A stretch of DNA of 64,000 nucleotides from Vicinamibacteria bacterium (GTDB lineage: Bacteria; Acidobacteriota; Vicinamibacteria; Fen-336), in assembly GCA_023701125.1 (NCBI GenBank), contig JAMPXO010000003.1, forward strand, positions 32,391 to 96,390, in the 5' to 3' direction. This document shows, one piece after another, positions 56,932 through 64,000 of the stretch. The notes under the pieces were generated by a model. That model worked only from the letters and a program-made list of their open reading frames with translations. It was not told where the DNA came from and ran no database searches. How positions within the stretch are numbered: the stretch's first letter is position 1; every line of letters starts with the position of its first letter. The position numbers and the translations under genes were made by a program.

Positions 56932-58671
56932 TCAGGACTCCCCGGCGTCGGCCGCGGCCAACGCCTCGTGCAGTTCCGTTCTCAGGTGCGATTCGACCGC
57001 AGCCGCGGACGACAGCCGCAGGGCGCGCAGCGTGGCCTCTCGCACGTGCGCCAGGTCCGCGGCCCGCAGGACCTGCTTGACGCGCGGGATCGCCGTCGGG
57101 CTCATCGACAGCTCGCGCGCGCCAAGGCCGGCCAGCACCAGCGATTGTAGCGGGTCGCCCGCCATCTCCCCGCAGACGCCGACCGGGCGGCCGGCGGCCC
57201 GCGCCTGGTCGAAGGCCGTGACGAGCAGCGCCAGCACCGCGGGGTGCAGTGGCTCGTAGAGGCTCGCCACCCGCGGGTCGGCGCGGTCCACGGCGAGCAG
57301 GTACTGGATCAGGTCGTTGGTGCCGATGCTGAAGAAATCCGCCGCCGGGGCGAGCTGGCCGAGCGTCAGCGCGGCGCTCGGGATCTCGATCATCACGCCG
57401 ACCGGCAGCTCGGCCGCGTACACCCGGCCCTCGGACTCCAGCTCCTGCGCCGTCTCCGCCAGGAACGCCCGCACCTCCGCGAGGTCGGACGCCCCGCGCA
57501 GGAACGGGAACAGGATGCGCAGCGGCCCGTGCACGGCAGCCCGCAGCAGCGCCCGCAGTTGCGGCCGGAAGGCGCCGGGGGCGCGGCTGAGCATGCGCAG
57601 TGCGCGCGGCCCGAGCGCCGGGTTGGGGCTCGAAGGTCCGCCCGGTGCGATGTCCTCGGGCCCCAGGTCCCAGACCCGGACCGTGACCGGGTGCGGGTGC
57701 ATCTGGTCCAGCAGGCGCCGGTACAACTCGTACTGACGCTCCTCGTCGAGGCTGCCGCGCCCGAGCAGGTACTCGCTGCGGAACAGGCCGATGCCCTCCG
57801 CGCCGTACTGCATTGCGGTCGCCGCTTCTTCGGCGAACTCCGCGTTGGCGAGCAGCGCGACGCGCACGCCGTCGCGCGAGGCCGCGGGCTCGCCGCGGGT
57901 CGACTGCAGGCTGATCTCGCGCCGCTGCTGGCGCTCGCGCAGCGCGCGAAAGCCCGCCACCACCGGTTCGGACGGCTCCACGACGAGGCGGCCCTGGGTG
58001 CCGTCGAGCACGACCAGCGCCCCGGGCGGAACCCGCTGGGTCGCGTCGCGCAGCCCGGCGACGGCCGGGATGCCACGCGAGCGGGCGAGGATCGCCGTGT
58101 GGTAGGTGCGCGAGCCGCCATCGAGGGCGATCCCCATCACCTTCGCCCAGTCCAGCTCGGCGGCCTCGGACGGGGTCAGGTCCTGGGCCACCAGCACCAC
58201 CGGCCCCGGCAGCCGCGCCAGCGACGGCCCGTCGGCGGCCCCGGCCAGGTTGAGCAGCACGCGCCCGAGCACGTCGTCGAGGTCGCTGCTGCGCTCCTTC
58301 AGGTACTCGTCTGTGAAGCCGTCGAACAACGCGTGCAACTGCTCGGAGACCTGGCGCAGGGCCCACTCGGCGTTGACGTGGTCCTGGCGCACGATGCCCG
58401 CGGCGCGATCGCGCAGCAGCGGATCCTCGAGCATCAGCAACTGGGCGTCGAAGATGTAGGCGTGGAGCGCGCCGACTTCGCGCGACAGCCGGGCCTTGAT
58501 CGCCTCGAGCTGCTTGCGCGACGCGGCGACGGCCCGCAGCAGCCGCTGCACCTCGCGCTCGACGGCATCCGGCGCGAGCAGCAGCCGGAACACCGGCACC
58601 CGCTCGCGCTCCATGACCAGCGCCTGGCCGACGGCGATTCCCGGCGAGACGCCGTTGCCGGTCAGCTCCAC
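56932..58671 (-). CDS. ptsI: phosphoenolpyruvate-protein phosphotransferase (PTS Enzyme I)
   Basis: Phospho-His region GGSRTYHTAILARSRGIPAV and a PEP-utilising TIM barrel (FFSIGTNDLIQY). 579 aa. Confidence 0.9.
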   Translation of the reverse strand: MELTGNGVSPGIAVGQALVMERERVPVFRLLLAPDAVEREVQRLLRAVAASRKQLEAIKARLSREVGALHAYIFDAQLLMLEDPLLRDRAAGIVRQDHVNAEWALRQVSEQLHALFDGFTDEYLKERSSDLDDVLGRVLLNLAGAADGPSLARLPGPVVLVAQDLTPSEAAELDWAKVMGIALDGGSRTYHTAILARSRGIPAVAGLRDATQRVPPGALVVLDGTQGRLVVEPSEPVVAGFRALRERQQRREISLQSTRGEPAASRDGVRVALLANAEFAEEAATAMQYGAEGIGLFRSEYLLGRGSLDEERQYELYRRLLDQMHPHPVTVRVWDLGPEDIAPGGPSSPNPALGPRALRMLSRAPGAFRPQLRALLRAAVHGPLRILFPFLRGASDLAEVRAFLAETAQELESEGRVYAAELPVGVMIEIPSAALTLGQLAPAADFFSIGTNDLIQYLLAVDRADPRVASLYEPLHPAVLALLVTAFDQARAAGRPVGVCGEMAGDPLQSLVLAGLGARELSMSPTAIPRVKQVLRAADLAHVREATLRALRLSSAAAVESHLRTELHEALAAADAGES

Positions 58672-58714
58672 GCGTCCATCCTGTCCCGTTGTGCGGCAGC
58701 CTGCACGAGTGCGC

Positions 58715-58984
58715 TCAGGCGCCCTCCCCGAAGCCGCTCTCGACCAGCGCGGCCAGCGCGTCGGAGGCGGCCTGCTCGTCGTCGCCGTCGGTCTCGATCC
58801 GCAGCGTGGTGCCGCGCGACGCCGCCAGCAGCAGGATGCCGAGGATCGACTTGCCGTCCATCATGTGCCCGTCGCGACTGACCCGCACCTTGCTCCGGAA
58901 GGTCGACGCGCGGTGGACGAAGCGGGCGGCGGCCCGCGCGTGCAGGCCCAGCCGGTTGGGGATCTTGACCTCGCGCGAGATCAC
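58715..58984 (-). CDS. ptsH: phosphocarrier protein HPr
   Basis: His15 context NRLGLHARAA and Ser46 context GKSILGIL. 89 aa. Confidence 0.9.
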   Translation of the reverse strand: MISREVKIPNRLGLHARAAARFVHRASTFRSKVRVSRDGHMMDGKSILGILLLAASRGTTLRIETDGDDEQAASDALAALVESGFGEGA

Positions 58985-59379
58985 GCCTTGCGCGGCTCCA
59001 GCAGTTCCGACGCCACGTGGATGGCCGCCTGGCCGTACTCGCGGATCGCCCGCGCGACGACCTTGAGCTCGCCGTCGCGCAGGCTGGAGAGCTTGATCAG
59101 CATCGGCAGGTTGACGCCGGTGACGATCTCGACGGTCGGCCCCATCGAGGGCAGCGCCAGGTTGGTGGGCGTGCCGCCGAACATGTCCGTCAGCACCAGC
59201 GCGCCCTCGGCGCCGACATCTGCGATCGCCTTCTCCACGGCCTCGCGGGCCGCCACGGGGTCGTCGCTCCAGCCGATCGAGACCGCGGCCGAGAGCGGAA
59301 GCTCGCCCACGATCTGGGTGGCCGCCGCCACCAGCTCGGAGGCCAGCCCGCCGTGGGTCACGACCACGATCCCGATCAC
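58981..59379 (-). CDS. PTS EIIA component, mannose/fructose family
   Basis: GTG 59379 overlaps the rapZ stop (GTGA). IGIVVVTHGGLA with the phospho-His. 132 aa. Confidence 0.8.
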   Translation of the reverse strand: MIGIVVVTHGGLASELVAAATQIVGELPLSAAVSIGWSDDPVAAREAVEKAIADVGAEGALVLTDMFGGTPTNLALPSMGPTVEIVTGVNLPMLIKLSSLRDGELKVVARAIREYGQAAIHVASELLEPRKA

Positions 59380-60248
59380 GACAGCCTCGCGTCGCGATGG
59401 CGGACCTGGACGCCGTAGCGGCCCTTGCGAAGGGCCTCGCCGATGCGGGTCGCCAGCATCACCGAGCGGTGGCGGCCGCCGGTGCAACCGACTGCGATCG
59501 TCACGTAGCTCCTCCCTTCCTTGCGGTGCCGAGGCAGCACGAACGCCAGCAGCCCCATCACCTTGCGCAGGAACCGCGCCGTGTCCGGCTGGGCGTCGAG
59601 GAAGCGCTGCACGGGGGCCTGCTCGCCTGTCAGCCGCCGCAGCCGCGGCACGAAGTTGGGGTTGGGCAGGAAGCGGGCGTCGAACACCAGGTCCGCCTCG
59701 GCCGGCACCCCGTACTTGTAGCCGAACGAGGTGACGGTGACCATCATCGGCGCGTCCGCCGTGCGGGCGCCGAAGCGCTCCCGCACCCAGGCCCGCAACT
59801 CGTGGACCGTGAATGCCGAGGTGTCGACGATGCGGTCGGCGGTCTTGCGGATCGGCCGCAGCGCCTCGCGCTCCTGGCGCAGTCCCTCGACCACCGGCTC
59901 GTCCACCGCCAGCGGGTGCGGCCGCCGGGTTTCGCTGAAGCGGCGAACGAGGGTGCGCTCGTCGGCCTCCAGGAACAGCAGCTCGACCGGCAGCCCGCGC
60001 TGGCGCAGGCTGCGCAGCGCCGTCGGGAACTGGCGGGTGAAGGCGGGCTCGCGCAGGTCCACCACCAGCGCCGCCCTGCGCAGGCTGGGCGTGTCGCGGA
60101 TCAGCTCCGCGAAACGGGGGATCAGGGCGGTCGGCAGGTTGTCGACGCAGAAGAAGCCGAGGTCCTCCAGTGCGCGCAGGACGTGCGTCTTGCCGGAGCC
60201 CGAGAGCCCGGTCACGATCACCAGCTTGTCGGTCTGCTCGGCCTTCAT
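59376..60248 (-). CDS. rapZ: RNase adapter / nucleotide-binding protein RapZ (YvcJ)
   Basis: ATG 60248. Walker A GLSGSGKT, DLGFFCVDNLP, C-terminal GCTGGRHRSV. 290 aa. Confidence 0.9.
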   Translation of the reverse strand: MKAEQTDKLVIVTGLSGSGKTHVLRALEDLGFFCVDNLPTALIPRFAELIRDTPSLRRAALVVDLREPAFTRQFPTALRSLRQRGLPVELLFLEADERTLVRRFSETRRPHPLAVDEPVVEGLRQEREALRPIRKTADRIVDTSAFTVHELRAWVRERFGARTADAPMMVTVTSFGYKYGVPAEADLVFDARFLPNPNFVPRLRRLTGEQAPVQRFLDAQPDTARFLRKVMGLLAFVLPRHRKEGRSYVTIAVGCTGGRHRSVMLATRIGEALRKGRYGVQVRHRDARLS

Positions 60249-61315
60249 GCCCGCCCCCGCGCCGCCTTCCGCCGTGTGGGGGCTTGGGGGCGGAGGAGCT
60301 CCGTTCGCGACGTAGCCCCCATGGGACCGGCGACGGGCTCCGCCCGGCGTCGGAACCCGTCGGCCGCTGGCCCGGCGATGATCGCCTCCAGTCGGTGGGC
60401 GAAGCGCTGCGCGCCGTCGAGGCCCCGCTCCTTGAGCAGGTGGTTGCGAGCCGCCACCTCGATCAGGATCGCCAGACTGCGGCCGGGCGCCACCGGCATC
60501 CGCAGCCGCGGCACGTCGACGCCCAGCACGTCGACGCTCTCCTGCTGGAGCCCGAGACGGTCGTACTCCTTGCCCGGCTCCCAGCGCTCGAGGTCCACCA
60601 CCAGCTCCACGCGCTGGCTGACCCGCAGCGACGAGACGCCGTACAGGTCGCGGATGTTGATCACGCCGAGGCCGCGCAGCTCCATGTGGTCGCGCAGCAG
60701 CAGCGGCGAGGTGCCGACCAGGGTGTCGCCGATGCGCTTGACCTCCACGACGTCGTCCGCGACCAGCCCGTGGCCGCGGTCGACGAGGTCGAGCGCGCAC
60801 TCCGACTTGCCGATGCCGCTCTCGCCGCTGATCAGCACGCCGAGGCCGAAGACGTCGACCAGCACGCCGTGCAACTGCGCCCGGCGCGCGAGCTGCTCGT
60901 CGAGGTACGCCGTCAGCCGCTTGATGAACGGCGTCGACTCCAGCGGCGTCACCAGCAGCGGCACGCCGCGGCTGTCGGCCGCCTGGACCAGCTCGCGTGG
61001 CGGCGGCAGGCCCTTGGTGACGACGAAGCAGGTCACGTCGCAGGCCGCCAGCCGGGCCAGCAGTCGCCGGCGGGCCACGGCCGACAGCTTCTGGAGGTAG
61101 GTCGACTCGCTGACGCCGAGGATCTGGACGCGACCGTAACGCAGGTACTCGAAGTAGCCGGACAGCGCCAGCCCGGGCCGCTGTACGCGCGACTGCAGGA
61201 TGGCGCGGGCGAGGCCGGTGCGGCCGGCCACCAGCCGCAGCTTCAGCTCCGCTCGCCGCTCCCGCAGCAGGCGGCGGACGCTGACGGCGGGCTCCGGTGC
61301 CGCCTTCCCCGCCAC
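60245..61315 (-). CDS. hprK: HPr kinase/phosphorylase with repeat-derived C-terminal extension
   Basis: Walker A GESGIGKSE, LVADDVV, GLGVINIRDLYG. The ORF reads through the repeat and stops in an ATGA overlap with rapZ. Confidence 0.85.
   Translation of the reverse strand: MAGKAAPEPAVSVRRLLRERRAELKLRLVAGRTGLARAILQSRVQRPGLALSGYFEYLRYGRVQILGVSESTYLQKLSAVARRRLLARLAACDVTCFVVTKGLPPPRELVQAADSRGVPLLVTPLESTPFIKRLTAYLDEQLARRAQLHGVLVDVFGLGVLISGESGIGKSECALDLVDRGHGLVADDVVEVKRIGDTLVGTSPLLLRDHMELRGLGVINIRDLYGVSSLRVSQRVELVVDLERWEPGKEYDRLGLQQESVDVLGVDVPRLRMPVAPGRSLAILIEVAARNHLLKERGLDGAQRFAHRLEAIIAGPAADGFRRRAEPVAGPMGATSRTELLRPQAPTRRKAARGRA
60277..60358 (+). repeat. dispersed copy of the 85-bp repeat family, embedded in the 3' end of hprK
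   Basis: tgggggcttgggggcggaggagctccgttcgcgacgtagcccccatgggaccggcgacgggctccgcccggcgtcggaaccc. About 90% identical to 4267-4347 by eye. Confidence 0.8.
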
Positions 61316-62743
61316 CTAGTGCGCCGACTTGCGAAGGTTGGACGGCGGGATGCGCAGCTCCTCGCGGTACTTGGCGACCGTGCGCCGCGCCAGCGGCACG
61401 CCCTCCGCCTGCAACAGCTCGGCGATCCGCGAGTCGGACAGCGGGTGCTGCGAGTCCTCGGCCTCGATCATCTTGCGGATGCGGTCCTTGATCGTGACCG
61501 AGCTGACCGACTCGCCCATCGAGGAGGTGATGCCGCTGTGGAAGAAGAAGCGCATCTCGTACACCCCGCGCGGGGTGTGCATGTACTTGTTGGCGACCAC
61601 GCGCGACACCGTCGACTCGTGCATGCCGATGTCGTTCGCCACGTCGCGCAGCACCAGCGGCCGCAGGTGCTCGATGCCGCGGTCGAGGAAGGCGCGCTGG
61701 TGGCGCACGATCGACTCGGCGACGCGGAAGATCGTGCGCTGGCGCTGGTCGACGCTCTTCAACAGCCACAGCGCGCTGCGCAGCTTGTCCTTGACGTAGG
61801 CCCGGGTCTGCTCCGAGCCCGGCTCCTTGTCGTCGAGCATGCGCCGGTAGGTCGGGCTGATCCGCAGCCGCGGCAGTCCCTCGTTGTTGAGCTCGATCCG
61901 GTACTCCTCGGCGTCCTTGATCACGAACACGTCGGGCGTGACGTAGGCGGCGTCCTGCGGCGAGTACCGCATCCCGGGCTTGGGGTCGAGGCGCTGGATG
62001 ATCTCCAGGTGGTGGGCGACCTCGTCCTGGGTCAGGTTCATCGCCCGCGCGATCTCGGAGTACTGGTGGGTCTGCAGTTGCTTCAGGTGGTCGCGGACGA
62101 TCAGGTCGGTGACCGAGCCGTCGAGGTGGAGCGCGCGGAGCTGCAGCCGCAGGCACTCGCCGATGTCGCGGGCCGCCACCCCGGCCGGGTCGAGCTGCTG
62201 GACGATGGCGAGTGCCCGCGTCACCTCGTCGGCCGGGTACGGCCCCATGTTGGCGATGTCGTCGAGCGACACCCGCAGCATGCCGTCCTCGTCGAGGCTG
62301 TCGATGATCTTCTCCGCGATCTCGACCAGCAGGTCGTCGGAGACCGACAGCACCAGCTGCCACTTGAGGTGGTCGTAGAGGTTGGTCGCCGCGGTCAGCG
62401 TGTTCTCGATCGGCGGCGCCTCGGGGATCTCGGTGCCGCGCGTGCGGCGCTGCTCGCGGTCGGCCTCGGCGTACTCCTCGAAGAACTTCTCGATGTCGAT
62501 CTGCTCCAGCGGGTCGTCCGCTTTCGCCTTTTCGGCCGCGGCTTCTTCCTGCGTCTCCTCGGCCGTCTGCGCCTCCTGCGGCGCCTCCTCCAGCAGGGGG
62601 TTCTCCATCACCTCCTGCTCCAGGACCTCGGCCAGCTCCAGGGTGGTGAGGGGCAACAGCTTGATCGCCTGCTGCAGCGACGGCGTGAGGACGAGCCGCT
62701 GCGAGAGGCGTGCCTGCAGTCCCAGCTTCTGTTGAATCGCCAA
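61316..62743 (-). CDS. rpoN: RNA polymerase sigma-54 factor
   Basis: N-terminal Gln/Leu region (QKLGLQARLSQRLVLTPSLQQAIKLL), an acidic region II, and the RpoN box ARRTVAKYRE. Confidence 0.95.
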   Translation of the reverse strand: MAIQQKLGLQARLSQRLVLTPSLQQAIKLLPLTTLELAEVLEQEVMENPLLEEAPQEAQTAEETQEEAAAEKAKADDPLEQIDIEKFFEEYAEADREQRRTRGTEIPEAPPIENTLTAATNLYDHLKWQLVLSVSDDLLVEIAEKIIDSLDEDGMLRVSLDDIANMGPYPADEVTRALAIVQQLDPAGVAARDIGECLRLQLRALHLDGSVTDLIVRDHLKQLQTHQYSEIARAMNLTQDEVAHHLEIIQRLDPKPGMRYSPQDAAYVTPDVFVIKDAEEYRIELNNEGLPRLRISPTYRRMLDDKEPGSEQTRAYVKDKLRSALWLLKSVDQRQRTIFRVAESIVRHQRAFLDRGIEHLRPLVLRDVANDIGMHESTVSRVVANKYMHTPRGVYEMRFFFHSGITSSMGESVSSVTIKDRIRKMIEAEDSQHPLSDSRIAELLQAEGVPLARRTVAKYREELRIPPSNLRKSAH

Positions 62744-62752
62744 GATCGGTCC

Positions 62753-63550
62753 CTACGCTCCCGCCGGTCGGGGCGCCTCGGCGTCGAGCCGGAAACCCTC
62801 GCCGAGATAGACCCGTCGGACTTCTTCGTCGCCAGCGAGCGCCTCGGGCGTGCCCGCGCGGAACACCTCGCCGTCGCGAAGAATATAGGCGCGGTCGGTG
62901 ATCTTCAACGTCTCGCGCACGTTGTGGTCGGTGATCAGCACGCCGATCCCACGGTCCTTCAGGTGACTGATGATCTTCTGGATGTCGATCACGGCGATCG
63001 GGTCGATGCCCGCGAACGGCTCGTCCAGCAGGATGAAGGACGGCTCGGTCGCCAGCGCCCGAGCGATCTCCAGCCGGCGCCGTTCGCCACCCGACAGGGT
63101 GTCGGCCCGCTGCCGGGCGAGGCCGTGGATGCCCAGTTCCTCGAGCAGTTCGCGGGTGCGCTGGCGGCTCTCGCCCTGCGGCTCGCCGAGCGCCTCGAGG
63201 ATGGCCAGCACGTTGTCCTGCACGGACATCTTGCGGAAGACGCTGGCCTCCTGCGGCAGGTAGCCGATGCCCGCCCGCGCCCGCTCGTACATCGGCAGGT
63301 CCGTGATGTCGTCCTCGCCCAGCATCACGGTGCCGCCGTCCGGCCGGGCCAGGCCGACGACCATGTAGAAGGTCGTGGTCTTGCCGGCCCCGTTGGGCCC
63401 GAGCAGGCCGACCACCTCGCCCTCCTGGACGTGGAGGTCCACGCCGCGCACGACCGTGCGTCGGCCGTAGCTCTTGGTCAGTCCGCGGGCGTCGAGGGTT
63501 TTCATCGGCGTCCCGATGGTAGCCCGAGCGGCCGCGTCGGCGTCGGTCAT
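62753..63550 (-). CDS. lptB: LPS export ABC transporter ATP-binding protein
   Basis: Walker [14 protein letters not shown], signature [18 protein letters not shown] 63550 overlaps the lptA stop (ATGA). Confidence 0.9.
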   Translation of the reverse strand: MTDADAAARATIGTPMKTLDARGLTKSYGRRTVVRGVDLHVQEGEVVGLLGPNGAGKTTTFYMVVGLARPDGGTVMLGEDDITDLPMYERARAGIGYLPQEASVFRKMSVQDNVLAILEALGEPQGESRQRTRELLEELGIHGLARQRADTLSGGERRRLEIARALATEPSFILLDEPFAGIDPIAVIDIQKIISHLKDRGIGVLITDHNVRETLKITDRAYILRDGEVFRAGTPEALAGDEEVRRVYLGEGFRLDAEAPRPAGA

Positions 63551-64000
63551 GGCGTCTTCGTCGGCGCCGGGCTGGCGGCCGGCGGCCGGCCCTGGAAGAT
63601 GGTCTCCGTCCGCGTCTCCTCGCGGCCGTCGATCAGGATCAGGTCGTCGCCCAGGTGGAAGGTCACGCTGCGTCCGCGGGCCGTGCGGTCCGGGTCCTTG
63701 AGCACGACCTCGGGACCGGTCAGCAGCACCTTGCCGTCGGCCGGGGTATAGACGACGCGGGCGCCGTCCGCGACCCGGGCGCCCTGTCGCACCCGTACCG
63801 GCTCGCCTGCCACCAGCCGCTCGAAGCCGCCGCCGGCCGGCTCGAGATGGAGCGTGGCCTGCTCGCTGTCGACCTGGATCTCGCCCTGGGTCAGCGCCAC
63901 GTGGCCCGTGTAGACGACCTCGCGCTTCTTCTCGTCGTAGACCATCGCGTCGGAGCGGCTCTCGACCTGCGGCGGGCCGGCCTTGGCCTTGTCGGCGCCC
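63547..64000 (-). CDS. lptA: LptA/OstA-family LPS transport protein, 5' end outside window
   Basis: OstA-like beta-jellyroll repeats ([23 protein letters not shown]..., [14 protein letters not shown]). The frame stays open to the window edge. Confidence 0.75.
   Translation of the reverse strand, partial: GADKAKAGPPQVESRSDAMVYDEKKREVVYTGHVALTQGEIQVDSEQATLHLEPAGGGFERLVAGEPVRVRQGARVADGARVVYTPADGKVLLTGPEVVLKDPDRTARGRSVTFHLGDDLILIDGREETRTETIFQGRPPAASPAPTKTP

Noticed and set aside
59376-63751. 995-aa (minus) and 1193-aa (plus) ORFs spanning the rapZ-hprK-rpoN-lptB region
   Set aside because: Only the 3' 290 codons of the minus ORF, from ATG 60248, encode RapZ. The remainder and the whole plus ORF are off-frame or antisense to hprK, rpoN and lptB, which carry unmistakable signatures.

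Overview
Very GC-rich chromosomal segment from a diderm (Gram-negative) bacterium. The diderm call rests on Tol-Pal, LptA/LptB, sigma-54 and several MacB/FtsX-type ABC systems. I cannot place it more precisely than an Acidobacteriota/Myxococcota-like lineage. I support about 60 protein genes and found no rRNA, tRNA, CRISPR array, transposase or integrase. Many long ORFs in the track are off-frame or antisense artefacts of the high GC content. Real genes were picked by recognisable motifs, hydrophobicity patterns and tight start/stop coupling (ATGA/GTGA/TTGA overlaps). Housekeeping blocks: mutM; parA-parB, a bifunctional nuclease, miaB and recN; tolQRAB-pal-cpoB-ssb; lptA-lptB-rpoN-hprK-rapZ-EIIA(Man)-ptsH-ptsI. 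Accessory content: (1) a seven-gene minus-strand lipid operon at 30030-36343. It runs SDR, serine-palmitoyltransferase-like alpha-oxoamine synthase, ADC-fold protein, LCB5/DAG-type lipid kinase, PlsC-type acyltransferase, Tam41-like nucleotidyltransferase and CDP-alcohol phosphatidyltransferase. I consider it the best candidate for an undescribed system: a CDP-activated route to a phosphosphingolipid-like membrane lipid. (2) A divergent operon with an orphan FtsX permease, a methyltransferase and a 666-aa GT-C-like membrane protein. (3) An srsABC-like type III PKS, methyltransferase and flavoprotein cluster. (4) An HlyD/MacB-type efflux operon carrying its own sigma-54 activator, preceded by a near-consensus -24/-12 promoter. 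(5) An lrp-led five-gene operon of mostly unknown function. (6) An 85-bp GC-rich hairpin repeat family: three tandem and two dispersed copies, two of which are translated as C-terminal tails of real genes. (7) A densely structured 290-bp intergenic region upstream of a btpA/pfkB/psuG operon.
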